From IMG/VR virus record IMGVR_UViG_3300002307_000027, positions 51,970 through 115,969 of that record: 64,000 bases of DNA; one strand, 5' to 3'. Under the pieces are notes generated by a model. That model made no database searches, was not told the origin of the DNA, and saw nothing but the letters and a program-made list of their open reading frames with translations. Each line of letters starts with the position of its first letter. Position 1 is the first letter of the stretch. The position numbers and the translations under genes were made by a program. Source of the DNA: a virus. This document shows positions 35,286 through 45,450 of this stretch, in pieces.

Positions 35286-35737
35286 AGACTTGCATCCTCC
35301 ATACCAGCTACACGCAACTTAATAACATTACTAAGTTGCCATTGTTTGATATCTAATCCTTTGATAATGCCTAACCATTTATTACGTAACAAAGCAAACT
35401 CGTTAATAATCTTCTCATAGTCAACTACGTCTGCTTCGCCATCTACGTATTTTTCAACGTCTCTACTTGATAAAGCACGTTGATAGTTTTCTAAATATTT
35501 TTTAAAAAGATGACTTCTCAATCTGCGTAATTCAATGTTGAGGTATTCTAAGATAGCTTCGATTTCTTGTAGCTGGTTATAGCGATGTTCAACTATGCCA
35601 GGCATACTGGCTGCTGCTTTCTCGATATTACCAACTATCTTAACTTCCTTTTTAGCATCAAGCAACTCTCTTTCGAAATGCTCTATAGCTAAAGGTATAT
35701 TAGATATGTCTTGGCTAACCTTAGAATACCATGTCAT
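35282..35737 (-). CDS. uvsY: Recombination mediator, UvsY-like
   Basis: Helical; YVDGEAD...IIKGLDIKQWQLSN; adjacent to UvsX. Confidence 0.75.
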   Translation of the reverse strand: MTWYSKVSQDISNIPLAIEHFERELLDAKKEVKIVGNIEKAAASMPGIVEHRYNQLQEIEAILEYLNIELRRLRSHLFKKYLENYQRALSSRDVEKYVDGEADVVDYEKIINEFALLRNKWLGIIKGLDIKQWQLSNVIKLRVAGMEDASL

Positions 35738-35740
35738 TGA

Positions 35741-35968
35741 TCACTCGTCATCATAGTCGTAAGAGTCTTCGTCAGCATCTGCATTAAGCATCTCTGCAAC
35801 TGCTTCGTCTAGATCGTCGTCGTGTCCGGACATATTTGCCAGAGTGCTATCTTTAATTCCACCTTCGTTTAATAGATCAACAAACTTAGTAGCAATAACA
35901 CTCATCTGTTTCTTGTCTCCATACTCACGTATCAGATCCCAGATTTCTAAAAACAATTCCGCATTCAT
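35741..35968 (-). CDS. Hypothetical acidic protein
   Basis: ATGA-coupled to uvsX. Confidence 0.75.
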   Translation of the reverse strand: MNAELFLEIWDLIREYGDKKQMSVIATKFVDLLNEGGIKDSTLANMSGHDDDLDEAVAEMLNADADEDSYDYDDE

Positions 35969-37032
35969 TCCAATATTTCTCCTGTTTCAGAATCAACCGA
36001 CAGTGTTTGTGTTTCAGTTGGCTTCTTATGTATATAGTCTTCCATTACCATATTCAATAATTCACCAGTCCATTGTTTGCGATATTCTAAAAATTCTTTG
36101 CCTTTAGAATCTGTATACTTTAGACGATTGCCTTGCTGTGTAATAACACCTTTCTTCTCAAAAAGTTCAAGCAAGCCACTATAGGGATTCATACCAGTCT
36201 CATAAGGAATCTTAATCTGTAGAGTTTCAAAAGGCTTGCTATAGCGAGTCTTCATAATCTTACAACTGGCGCGGATACCATTTACTTCTGATACCTTATT
36301 GCCATCTTCATCTTCCTTTAGCTTTAGCTTCTTCATAGCAACTACGATACTAGAAGCATATACGAAGCCCTGTCCGCCACTAATCTTATCGTCTGGATCA
36401 AACATATCTTGTGAAGCATAAGTGTGATTAGTACACACCATACCTACGTTATACGAACCAAACATATTGACACAGTTACGTACAAGTGCCGTTAGTGCCT
36501 TAGGCTTACGGCCCATATCACCCTTTAGATCACCTGCTTCAAACTGATTAATGTCAGTTGGGGTTAATAGCATACCTAAGCTATCAAGAACAAACAATAC
36601 CTTAGGACGCTCACCTTCGGCCATTCCCTTATATTCTTTCATAAACTCGTGGATAGTTCTAGCAACGTCGTCGATCATTGCCATATTAAGCTTTAATAAC
36701 TTTTCTGCACTCGTATCAACTCCTAGTGCGTGTAACCATTTTTCATCTAATGCGTTTTCACTATCAATAAGCACTACAAAGATATCTTGTTCCTGTGCAT
36801 ACTTAACAATGTTTCCTGAACAGATATAACTCTTACCTGCACCAGATTCTCCTGCAAATACAGTAACCTTACCTAGCGGAATTCCGCGTTGGAAATCTCC
36901 ACTGATGAGATAGTTTAATGCGTAGTTGCCTGTTGAGATCCAATCAGTTGGATCATTAAACCCAACTCCTAAGCCATCTATGCTTTTAGTTAAGGTCTTT
37001 CTAAATTTAGTAATATCAAATGTTTTAGCCAT
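35965..37032 (-). CDS. uvsX: RecA/UvsX recombinase
   Basis: GESGAGKS, IDSENALD, LDSLGML, SGG. Confidence 0.95.
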   Translation of the reverse strand: MAKTFDITKFRKTLTKSIDGLGVGFNDPTDWISTGNYALNYLISGDFQRGIPLGKVTVFAGESGAGKSYICSGNIVKYAQEQDIFVVLIDSENALDEKWLHALGVDTSAEKLLKLNMAMIDDVARTIHEFMKEYKGMAEGERPKVLFVLDSLGMLLTPTDINQFEAGDLKGDMGRKPKALTALVRNCVNMFGSYNVGMVCTNHTYASQDMFDPDDKISGGQGFVYASSIVVAMKKLKLKEDEDGNKVSEVNGIRASCKIMKTRYSKPFETLQIKIPYETGMNPYSGLLELFEKKGVITQQGNRLKYTDSKGKEFLEYRKQWTGELLNMVMEDYIHKKPTETQTLSVDSETGEILE

Positions 37033-37048
37033 AAGGATTCTCCATAAG

Positions 37049-37077
37049 AAAAAATAGTGGGAGTATTACCTCCCACT
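37049..37077 (-). terminator. Terminator after the SSB gene
   Basis: AGTGGGAG/CTCCCACT stem with a U tract on the minus strand. Confidence 0.75.
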
Positions 37078-37092
37078 TCTCTTCGTTTCTTT

Positions 37093-38058
37093 TTACTTAG
37101 ATTGACGTGCGCGGATCATGCTCAGGATATCTGAGGCTTTGCTGTCACCTGCGCTAGACTTTGGTGATTCAGCAGTTCGAGATGTAGTAGGTTCAAAAGG
37201 GATATCGTCGTCCTCCACAACCGCTGCTGCTGGAGCAGCAACCTTACGAGTATTCGGATCACCAGTTGCCTGACTCATACCAGCCGCACGGTAATACTGT
37301 CCCCAACGCTCTGCATCGTATGCTTCACCATCAACAGATGCTTCGAACATCTCCTTGATAACCTTAAGCTCTACATCAGTTGGCTTCTTAGGAAGATAGT
37401 CCTTAAGATTAAACAATCCAACCTTGTTAATTGCTTCAACATCACTGTTGTTGATAGCACGTTCACGACGACCCCACTTTGATGTAGAATAATCAGCATA
37501 ACCGCCCTTGCTAGTCTTAGCAATACGGAAATCTAGACCGTGTACATAATCAGTTGGGAGATCCTCAATCTCTGGATCAAGTAGTGCTGCACGAACAATC
37601 TGGAAGATCTGAGGACCAATAATAAACCTACGGATAGGATTTTCTGGTGTGTTCTCTTCCTTAATAGGATCTTCTACAACAAGACCTTGGAATAGATAGC
37701 TCTTCTTCTTCCAATACTTACGGCCCATATCTTCAAGACTCTTGTCCTTGAACCAGCCACGTACTTCGCTCAGTACTGGGCATGTTTCACCCCACATCTC
37801 AACACAAGGTACCTGTACCTGTGTAGGACGACTATCCGTCTCGCCCTTAACGCCATTGAACGGAAGCTTAATCATTGCTCGTTCAACCCAGAAAAATGTG
37901 TTGCTTGTGTCACCATCTGGAAGGAATCGTACTAGTGCTTCCTGGCCTTCCTTGAGATTCCAAAACGGATATATCCCGTTATCTCCGCCGCCTTGGTTAC
38001 CTGACGACCTTGTTTCTTGTTCTTTTAACTTTGCGCGAATTTCTGCTAGTGATGCCAT
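37093..38058 (-). CDS. Single-stranded DNA-binding protein (T4 gp32-like)
   Basis: VRFLPDG, CPV, acidic DDDIPF tail. Confidence 0.9.
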   Translation of the reverse strand: MASLAEIRAKLKEQETRSSGNQGGGDNGIYPFWNLKEGQEALVRFLPDGDTSNTFFWVERAMIKLPFNGVKGETDSRPTQVQVPCVEMWGETCPVLSEVRGWFKDKSLEDMGRKYWKKKSYLFQGLVVEDPIKEENTPENPIRRFIIGPQIFQIVRAALLDPEIEDLPTDYVHGLDFRIAKTSKGGYADYSTSKWGRRERAINNSDVEAINKVGLFNLKDYLPKKPTDVELKVIKEMFEASVDGEAYDAERWGQYYRAAGMSQATGDPNTRKVAAPAAAVVEDDDIPFEPTTSRTAESPKSSAGDSKASDILSMIRARQSK

Positions 38059-38107
38059 GTGCCTATCTCCTTGTTGTTGTGCCTTTGGCTAGTTCTGTTT
38101 GTGCCTA

Positions 38108-38156
38108 ATAAAAAACTGCACTATATTACTATAGCGCAGTTTTATTTATCTGTCAA
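38108..38156 (-). terminator. Terminator hairpin overlapping the sigma70 and late promoters of SSB
   Basis: 14-bp stem with GTAA loop and U tract; TTGACA at 38151-38156; ATAAATA at 38143-38149. Confidence 0.7.
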
Positions 38157-38166
38157 TGAATATTTT

Positions 38167-40764
38167 TTAGAAATTTTGGATTGGTGCTAAGCCTGCTAAC
38201 TGCTTCATCCTCATCATATCTTGTGCCGGATCAGCCATTGCCTGTGACGGATGTACAATGCCTTGTTCTTCACCTTGGCGTTTTAATGCTTCAATAACTT
38301 TTCTAGCTACAGGTTCTGCATCGTCTCCGAATTCCTTAACTGCGCTAATAACTACACCTTCTTCGCCTCTTGGGAAAGAATTTTCATCTGAATTATAAAG
38401 AGATTTTACAAATTCAACAACGTCCCTAGAGTCGCCTGTCTTTTCTGCTTTTTCTGGCCTTGGTTTTACCATATCCTCTTCGTCAGTCTCTTTATCGTCG
38501 TCCGAGTATCTGTCTTTTGAATCATCCGAATCGTCATCCGAATCGTCATCTGAATTGTCATCGTCTGAATCATCATCTTCATCTTCGCCTATAGCTCTCT
38601 TCAATCCCTTGATAAATTCAATCATTGGATCTACTGATTCTACATATCTATTGTTTTTGTTTGTTACAGTTTCGCCTAATGTGATTTCTAAATCTGCGAA
38701 AGCAATAGATTCATTAGTAAACAATCCTACATATTTCTGTTTAGAAACAATCGCCTTATAAATCTGTACCATTCTCTGCTTATCCGGAGAAGTCATACGA
38801 TTATACTCATCACTAGCCATTAGCATAAGATTACTTAATTCATCGTTATTCTTAATGTGTTTGCCTAGATGTTCTATAGCTATGCTATTTTTTCCCGTTC
38901 CTTGTGCATCTGCTGTTTCTAGACGTTTTTGTAGTATACCCATGCGAGCTGTTGCTTTTTCTAGTGCCCACTTAACTTGATTGTCTCTTGGATTTTCCTG
39001 TGCTTGTTGAGTAAGCTGATCCATTTGCCTCTGTGTAATAGCTATCGCTTTCATAATGAAATCTTTACCGTAAGGTTCAACTTCTATATAAGGTGCTGCC
39101 TGCACTGCCTGTTCTAGCTTTGATAACAATCCACCGTGTCTATTAGCTACATCGCCTCTAGTTGGAAAACTCTTAGCCTTTGCATCTTGTGCCACCCAAT
39201 CAGCTGACGGCGCATTTTTTGGATCCTTGAAGAACACTTCATCCGGAACATCATCCTTTGCTTCATCAACTTCGTTTGATTTTCTTTTTGCTCTCTTGTC
39301 CATTAGGTCTTTATTCTTGCCTAACTTGTGCCATGCCTTCTCTTCTTCTGGACTTCCGCCTCTTGGGTTATCATCAGCAGCAGCATAATTCTGCGCCCTC
39401 TTGAAACTAGTCTTCTTAGCTAGTTTGTCCGAAATCTCATCAATATGTTCTTCTTCCATACGATCTTTATCTAACATCTTTTCACGTCCGCGGATCTTAT
39501 CAGCAACACTGCCACGAATGCCTGTGCCTCTAGTAGTAAGATGCTTTTCATCTCGATTCTTTGAACCAATATCCATAGCAACAGAATTTTTCTTTGCTTT
39601 ATTAACAGGATTTCCTTCGCCTATTAGGCCTGAGATCTCATCAATTTCTTGTTCTTCTGGTAGATGTCCCTTTGGTCCATGCTTACCCATTGCGTCCTTT
39701 ATTGAATGCTTTAGTCCTAATTGTTTTCCAGTCTTCCTCGCCTTACTGTCTTTAGGATCGGATTTCATTCTTGTTGATAATCTATCCCAAGCATATCCAG
39801 TGTTATTTGGTCTCCATGTTTCTGGTCTCGAATCACGGGGATCAGTAGCTTCTCCCATTAGGTCTGAAATATATGGAAATAGTTCTACTAGTTCTTCGTT
39901 AAACTGTTGTGTAGTAAATGTGCTACGTAACTCGCTTAGAGTCTCTTCGTCCATTTCTTTCTTTTTGAAAGTAGTGAAGTTTTCTTTTACTAATAGATAT
40001 CCGTTCTGCCTCTGGATCCTCTCAAGGACCTTCTTAATGTCTTTAACTTTCTTCTTTGATTTTTCAGCTATTTCAAATATCTCGCTGTTCTCTGTAAATG
40101 CCTTACGTGCTAAGAGATTATTAACTCTCCTGTAATTATAAGCTTGTTCGCTGAGACTAATAATATAATGTCCAAAATGATCATATGGATTACCGTTATT
40201 AGCTACGTGGCGCTGCATAGCACGGGCGCCGCTTAAATGTGGGAAAGGATAACGGAATCTCTCACCACTTTCATTCTGGATATAGAGAGCTTCTATATTA
40301 CGGGTCCTACTATTAGGACTGCCTTCTTCTATCCTTTTAGAATGCCTGATGATCAGTTTCGTTGTTTCCATGTTTTGATAACTGGATTTGCTTGACCCGT
40401 ATAATGAAGATTCTTCCATATTATTATCCTTACTATCTCTTTTTTGTAATTGGTTTTTGCCCTGTATGCTAGGTTGCCATTGTAATCCATTTGTTTTAGC
40501 AAATGTATGTAATTCTCTTATAAGATCAAACCACCTGTCATCATTTAAATCATTGCTACCTAAAAGCTTTAAACTACCGTCGTCAGTTAAGCTTATAGAA
40601 ATATTAGAAGCCAACTGCCCGTTAATATCAACTGGAAATTCAAAAGTAACCGCTGTCTTAGGATCATCCGTAGGCTGTCCTTGTGCATCAGTTAGTGCTA
40701 TTCCAGGAAACTTCCTAGATAGTAAATGATAAAGATCTATACTTAGTACACTTGTGTTTGACAT
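38167..40764 (-). CDS. Large virion/prohead-core protein
   Basis: Late promoter at 40772; acidic tract; repeated IDE/VDE sites; next to the terminase. Confidence 0.75.
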   Translation of the reverse strand: MSNTSVLSIDLYHLLSRKFPGIALTDAQGQPTDDPKTAVTFEFPVDINGQLASNISISLTDDGSLKLLGSNDLNDDRWFDLIRELHTFAKTNGLQWQPSIQGKNQLQKRDSKDNNMEESSLYGSSKSSYQNMETTKLIIRHSKRIEEGSPNSRTRNIEALYIQNESGERFRYPFPHLSGARAMQRHVANNGNPYDHFGHYIISLSEQAYNYRRVNNLLARKAFTENSEIFEIAEKSKKKVKDIKKVLERIQRQNGYLLVKENFTTFKKKEMDEETLSELRSTFTTQQFNEELVELFPYISDLMGEATDPRDSRPETWRPNNTGYAWDRLSTRMKSDPKDSKARKTGKQLGLKHSIKDAMGKHGPKGHLPEEQEIDEISGLIGEGNPVNKAKKNSVAMDIGSKNRDEKHLTTRGTGIRGSVADKIRGREKMLDKDRMEEEHIDEISDKLAKKTSFKRAQNYAAADDNPRGGSPEEEKAWHKLGKNKDLMDKRAKRKSNEVDEAKDDVPDEVFFKDPKNAPSADWVAQDAKAKSFPTRGDVANRHGGLLSKLEQAVQAAPYIEVEPYGKDFIMKAIAITQRQMDQLTQQAQENPRDNQVKWALEKATARMGILQKRLETADAQGTGKNSIAIEHLGKHIKNNDELSNLMLMASDEYNRMTSPDKQRMVQIYKAIVSKQKYVGLFTNESIAFADLEITLGETVTNKNNRYVESVDPMIEFIKGLKRAIGEDEDDDSDDDNSDDDSDDDSDDSKDRYSDDDKETDEEDMVKPRPEKAEKTGDSRDVVEFVKSLYNSDENSFPRGEEGVVISAVKEFGDDAEPVARKVIEALKRQGEEQGIVHPSQAMADPAQDMMRMKQLAGLAPIQNF

Positions 40765-40774
40765 TGCTCATTAT

Positions 40775-42346
40775 TTATCCAATATAGTTGCTTACGAAGA
40801 TCGGCATTGGCAGTATCTCTTCTTCGCTGCGTTCGCTCAGGAACTGATATACTGTAGGATCCCAGTCTGCTAATACTGTACCCATCCTGCATATTAACAA
40901 TGCTGCTGAAACTAAGTCATCGCTTTCTTCATTTTTGCCCTTAAAACCAACACCGCTAGCTACGAAATTTTTAAGTTCTGAAATCAAAGGCTTGCTGAAT
41001 ATCTTCATCTTCCTGTTTTCTATTAGAGATTTTAATTTAACACAAGCTGTCATTTTAGCTTTGTGTGTAGTATTGAATCCTTTGCGGAATCGTCTAACGT
41101 GTCCTTTGCGTATAGGTTCGCTTAGGAATAATCCAGGTATGTTTTCTTCACCTATGTCTCGTATAGTTACTAATGCAGCTTCACCGATAGTATTGTTTTC
41201 TACGCTCCAATATATCTGTGGTTCACCATGTGACTTTATATAATTACAGATTTCTTTCATTATCCTAATCTGCGCACTCATAGGGGTATTATTGTGATAC
41301 CATTCGCCTACTTGATCAAATGAGGGCAATTCAAATATCTGCATAGCTGCATTATTACCACCTGTACCGAGTGCAGGATCTAATGCTACTAGATACGTGT
41401 TCTGTGGATTTATCTTCTTGTACCAACGAACTTGTCCTAGTTTTTCTTTTGGCTCAATGCCTTGTAGTTCTGAAAGCGTGATACTGTTTATAAGGGTCTC
41501 GTCATAGATCAAGAACTCGCAATTATATTCACGGCGGAAACGTTCTTCGCCAATGCGTCCCATTTCTTCTTGTTTCCATACATCATCTCTATCTGGATGC
41601 TCGTGCCAAAATGCTTGGAATGCACTAAATCCATTAATACCTAACGCAGTTTCATTTCCTTCATCGTCAAATCGTTTATTTGCTTCTGACCAAATTAATG
41701 CAAAGGTATCTTCGTCACTATTTGGTGTGCTAGTAATAATCGCCTTACCACCTGTTGCTAATGTAGGTGATATTGAAGTCCAGAACTCAGTAGCAACATT
41801 GGGAGGCACGAACGCAAACTCGTCGCAGTATAGCAGTGAGATCGCCATACCGCGTCCGGTATTTTCAGTAGTAGTTGAACTTACTATACGCGAACCGTTG
41901 TCAAATTCTATGCTACCTTTGTTGTAACTAGTAACACCGCAGCGTATATGGTTTGGACAAAGTTCGTACGCATATCGTATGCGCTGCATGATTTCTTGTG
42001 AGCCTGTATACTTGTGTGCTGCTATCAATATAGTTGAGTTAGGTATGAACATAGCATACCAGAGCAAGTATCCAGATGCGCAAGTTGTTTTACCGCTTTG
42101 ACGAGGTAGCATATTAACATTGAAACGGAAATTATGGTAACTGGCTACTAGTCTATCCTGATATTCGAAAGGTTCAAATAACAGCTTGCCTTTCACAGGA
42201 TGCTGTATATGAAAGAAATTTTTCATAAAATAGAATGGACCTGTTTCAGGGTCCATGCACTGTTGCAGATCATATATCTGTTGTTCTGTAAAACGTTCTT
42301 TTTTGTTGGCTTTCTTTATGAGAACGCCTTCTAGACTTCTAACCAT
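40775..42346 (-). CDS. terL: Terminase large subunit (T4 gp17-like)
   Basis: PRQSGKTT, YCDEFAF, TSTPN, DPALG, DDLV. Confidence 0.96.
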   Translation of the reverse strand: MVRSLEGVLIKKANKKERFTEQQIYDLQQCMDPETGPFYFMKNFFHIQHPVKGKLLFEPFEYQDRLVASYHNFRFNVNMLPRQSGKTTCASGYLLWYAMFIPNSTILIAAHKYTGSQEIMQRIRYAYELCPNHIRCGVTSYNKGSIEFDNGSRIVSSTTTENTGRGMAISLLYCDEFAFVPPNVATEFWTSISPTLATGGKAIITSTPNSDEDTFALIWSEANKRFDDEGNETALGINGFSAFQAFWHEHPDRDDVWKQEEMGRIGEERFRREYNCEFLIYDETLINSITLSELQGIEPKEKLGQVRWYKKINPQNTYLVALDPALGTGGNNAAMQIFELPSFDQVGEWYHNNTPMSAQIRIMKEICNYIKSHGEPQIYWSVENNTIGEAALVTIRDIGEENIPGLFLSEPIRKGHVRRFRKGFNTTHKAKMTACVKLKSLIENRKMKIFSKPLISELKNFVASGVGFKGKNEESDDLVSAALLICRMGTVLADWDPTVYQFLSERSEEEILPMPIFVSNYIG

Positions 42347-42363
42347 AATGATATTTATAGGTT

Positions 42364-45300
42364 CTAATAGATGAACTTAAATTCTTTATACTGTTCTAAC
42401 AGCTTACCTAATAATGCGCTTTCATCTGTCGGAGCACTCTTTTTATCTCCCGGATAGCCGTTTCCCGGCCCAAATTCATCATCGTCTGATTTCTTAGCTG
42501 GCGGCTCGTCTGGTTCTTTTGCTGGAGCCGTTGATGCTGGCGGTGCTGCGGTAGCTGGCGCTGGCGACGAATATGTATCAGCTTTAGGTGGTTCAGTCTT
42601 AGTTGGTTCAGTCTTAACTGGTTCAGCTTTAGGTGGTTCAGTCTTAGTCGGTTCAGTCTTAACTGGTTCAGCTTTAGGTGGTTCAGTCTTAGTTGGTTCA
42701 GTCTTAGTTGGTTCAGCTTTAGGTGGCTCAGCTTTAACTGGTTCAGCTTTAACTGGTTCAGTCTTAGTTGGTTCAGCTTTAGGTGGCTCAGCTTTAGGTG
42801 GCTCAGCTTTAACTGGTTCAGTCTTAGTTGGTTCAGCTTTAGGTGGCTCAGCTTTAGTTTGTGGGTTAATATCAGAATATGCAGTCTTTGGGTCTACTAC
42901 TTGTGCTGGAGTTATTGCAGCTGTAGGCTGTGTCTTTGCTCCTACATTTATCTGTATACCATTTTTTGCCATCTTAGCTTTTGCATCATCCGGTAATAAT
43001 CCAAAATGTGGTGTCATTACGTTTAAGTCTAAGTTGCCCTTACCTGTAGAAGCAGCATTAACGTGTGTCTGTATATCTGGTGGTAGATTTTTAAATTCAG
43101 GATGTGATTGAACTAATTTAGCTGCTTCTATAGAATGATTACCTAAGAAATTATTTTGTAATTTACCGTCAGGTGTAACAGCTTTTGCCATTGCAGCTAC
43201 GCCCTTAGGATCAACAGAGAAACTATTGCTTGGTAGAGGTGCTGGAGGTGTTGCTGCAGGTACTGCTGAATTTGATGTCGGTGTAGTCCTTGTCTGGGGT
43301 GTGTTGGCTTCTGGTTTTACTTGTTGTATTTTTGCAGCTATATTTGGATCTAAGAATTCTTTTCCATCAGCTACAGAATTGATGTGACCTTGTATCTCAA
43401 CTGGTAAGTTGGCAAATGTTTGCGTCTGTTGTATCTGTTTTGCAACTTGTGCAGATGCAGCTTGTGCAGATGTCTGTAGATTTTTTACAACAGGTTCTGC
43501 ATCCTTAACCCCTTGATCTATAACACCTTTAATTTTGTCGCCTACTGGTTTTAAATCTTTATTAGCCCAATCTCCGCCCGCCTTAGCTAACTTTTCAACA
43601 TCGGCCATACTAACATTATTGTTTTTTGCATTTTTAGTAATATTATCTAGAGAAGGTTGTACAGCAGCTATTCCCTTGTTTACTAATTCTTGTCCTTTAG
43701 ATTTTATATCATCTAATGAATAAGGGGTTGATTTAGGAGCGGGTGTTGCTACTGGAGGCGCCTTGTTTATCTGTACTCCTACACTTGCTAATTGTGATAC
43801 CTGAGCAGGTGTGAGTTTATCAAAATAAGGAGTTAGCGTCTTTAGATCTAAATTACCTTTATTGCTCGCTGCATCATTTATATGAGCTTGTATAGTTGGA
43901 GGTAATGTGGAAAAATCAGGATGCTTTAATAATTCATTTGCTGCATTTAGAGAATGTGATCCTTGGAATTTACCATCAGCTGTAATAGCACCCATTGATA
44001 CTCCCAATCCCTTTGGATCAATAGCGAAGCTATTAGTTGCAGGTGTGCTTGAGTTTGACGACGTTGGAGTATTATTGTTTGATGGTGCATTAACAACACT
44101 ACCCAACTTATCTGTAATAGTGTTTCCTATAGTAGCGGCGCCAGCAGCTCCTGCATTGGTTACATTATTAATTGTATTTGTTATAGCTTGATATCCGGGA
44201 TTGCTTGCTAATATGCTAGCAGCATTTGTTTTTTCATTTTGATCTTGTGGATTTATCTCCGCATACGCTTTTTTTGGATCAACTACTGTTTTTGCAAAAG
44301 AACTATTAGGATCTTGTTGTTTCCACCATTCATTCCATTCGTCATTACTTTTTGGTTCTAATCCAATACTGACCCTGTGTTTATTAGCTGCATCTATACT
44401 GCTTTGTGATAGCGGTTCGATTGTTTTAGCAACAGTGCCAACTCCACCGTTTGCTGCCATTGCTCCTGCAGCGGCACCTGCTACAGCTGTAGCTGGTAGA
44501 GCATAATCCCCAGCTGCTCCTCGAGCAGCATCTCTTTCATGTCGTCTACTGGCACCGCTTGACCAAGTTGTCCAATGTTGGTATCCGCCCCTTCCTCCTA
44601 ATTCCCCTCTTAATAGTTTAAGAGCTGCTTGAGCATTGGTCATTGGGTCTTGTAATTGGCGTGGGTCTGTTAGTCCTAATCTCTTCATCCTATCTGCATA
44701 CAATGGTCCGTGCAAATTTATTTGCCATAATCCCCAAGATTTATCTCTTCCTCTTGGATTGTATATTGTAGGGTCACCGCCTGATTCAGGTTGACTTATA
44801 GCACCTAATCGTATTGCCTCCTGTTCAGTTCCACCGGCCTGCCTAATTAATGCAGCTGCATCTGCTGCGCTATATCGCCTTAAATTACTAACATCACCTT
44901 GTGACTGCTGCCCTTGCGGTCGATAGTCGGAACCCGGAGGTGGTCCACCTAGTTGATTTAGCATCCAACTGCTATTTTTTCCACCACTGGCTATGTTAGG
45001 ATTGATCTTTGCACCTGCAGCTTGTCCCGCTCCGACTGCAATGCTATCTCCTGCATAGATAGCATTGTTAGCTTGTCCGTTAGTGTTTTGATTTATCTGG
45101 TTAACTATATCTCTATAAGCAGCGGTTGTTGGATGTACTCCGTCGTTACTTTGATTAAAATTATATGTCCTTAATCCGTATTTTTGTGCTAGGTTATTAG
45201 CTATCTGATTTGGAGCAGAATACTTTCCGTATATAGAAGCATTCGGAACTATTAGATGCACATCATGACCACGGGCTTTTAGATTAGCTATAACAGCATC

Positions 45301-45450
45301 CATTTGCGCTGCATAATTTTTAGGATCATTATTATAGTCATTGGTTCCTATACTTAACACAACAGGTGGTGTCGAAGCTTCAGAAAGATACTGCCTTTTA
45401 GTAGTTGAGGCAGTATCTATTAGATTTATTAACTTACGAAAGTCTGTCAT
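42364..45450 (-). CDS. Large internal/ejection protein: permuted SGNH-like domain, SLT domain and repeats
   Basis: IGTND, DGVHP, GDSIAVG; ESGG...GLWQIN...DPMTNA; PPKAE repeats. Confidence 0.8.
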   Translation of the reverse strand: MTDFRKLINLIDTASTTKRQYLSEASTPPVVLSIGTNDYNNDPKNYAAQMDAVIANLKARGHDVHLIVPNASIYGKYSAPNQIANNLAQKYGLRTYNFNQSNDGVHPTTAAYRDIVNQINQNTNGQANNAIYAGDSIAVGAGQAAGAKINPNIASGGKNSSWMLNQLGGPPPGSDYRPQGQQSQGDVSNLRRYSAADAAALIRQAGGTEQEAIRLGAISQPESGGDPTIYNPRGRDKSWGLWQINLHGPLYADRMKRLGLTDPRQLQDPMTNAQAALKLLRGELGGRGGYQHWTTWSSGASRRHERDAARGAAGDYALPATAVAGAAAGAMAANGGVGTVAKTIEPLSQSSIDAANKHRVSIGLEPKSNDEWNEWWKQQDPNSSFAKTVVDPKKAYAEINPQDQNEKTNAASILASNPGYQAITNTINNVTNAGAAGAATIGNTITDKLGSVVNAPSNNNTPTSSNSSTPATNSFAIDPKGLGVSMGAITADGKFQGSHSLNAANELLKHPDFSTLPPTIQAHINDAASNKGNLDLKTLTPYFDKLTPAQVSQLASVGVQINKAPPVATPAPKSTPYSLDDIKSKGQELVNKGIAAVQPSLDNITKNAKNNNVSMADVEKLAKAGGDWANKDLKPVGDKIKGVIDQGVKDAEPVVKNLQTSAQAASAQVAKQIQQTQTFANLPVEIQGHINSVADGKEFLDPNIAAKIQQVKPEANTPQTRTTPTSNSAVPAATPPAPLPSNSFSVDPKGVAAMAKAVTPDGKLQNNFLGNHSIEAAKLVQSHPEFKNLPPDIQTHVNAASTGKGNLDLNVMTPHFGLLPDDAKAKMAKNGIQINVGAKTQPTAAITPAQVVDPKTAYSDINPQTKAEPPKAEPTKTEPVKAEPPKAEPPKAEPTKTEPVKAEPVKAEPPKAEPTKTEPTKTEPPKAEPVKTEPTKTEPPKAEPVKTEPTKTEPPKADTYSSPAPATAAPPASTAPAKEPDEPPAKKSDDDEFGPGNGYPGDKKSAPTDESALLGKLLEQYKEFKFIY
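42580..42857 (-). repeat. 15-bp coding tandem repeat encoding P(P/T/V)K(A/T)E
   Basis: About 18 units such as GGTTCAGTCTTAGTT and GGCTCAGCTTTAGGT. Confidence 0.9.

Noticed and set aside
24784-42346. Introns or inteins in the helicase, UvsX, UvsW or terminase
   Set aside because: The ORFs are uninterrupted and of ordinary length; no intein motifs seen
42580-42857. Non-coding repeat array or DGR variable region
   Set aside because: In-frame 15-bp coding repeat; no reverse transcriptase or template repeat in the window
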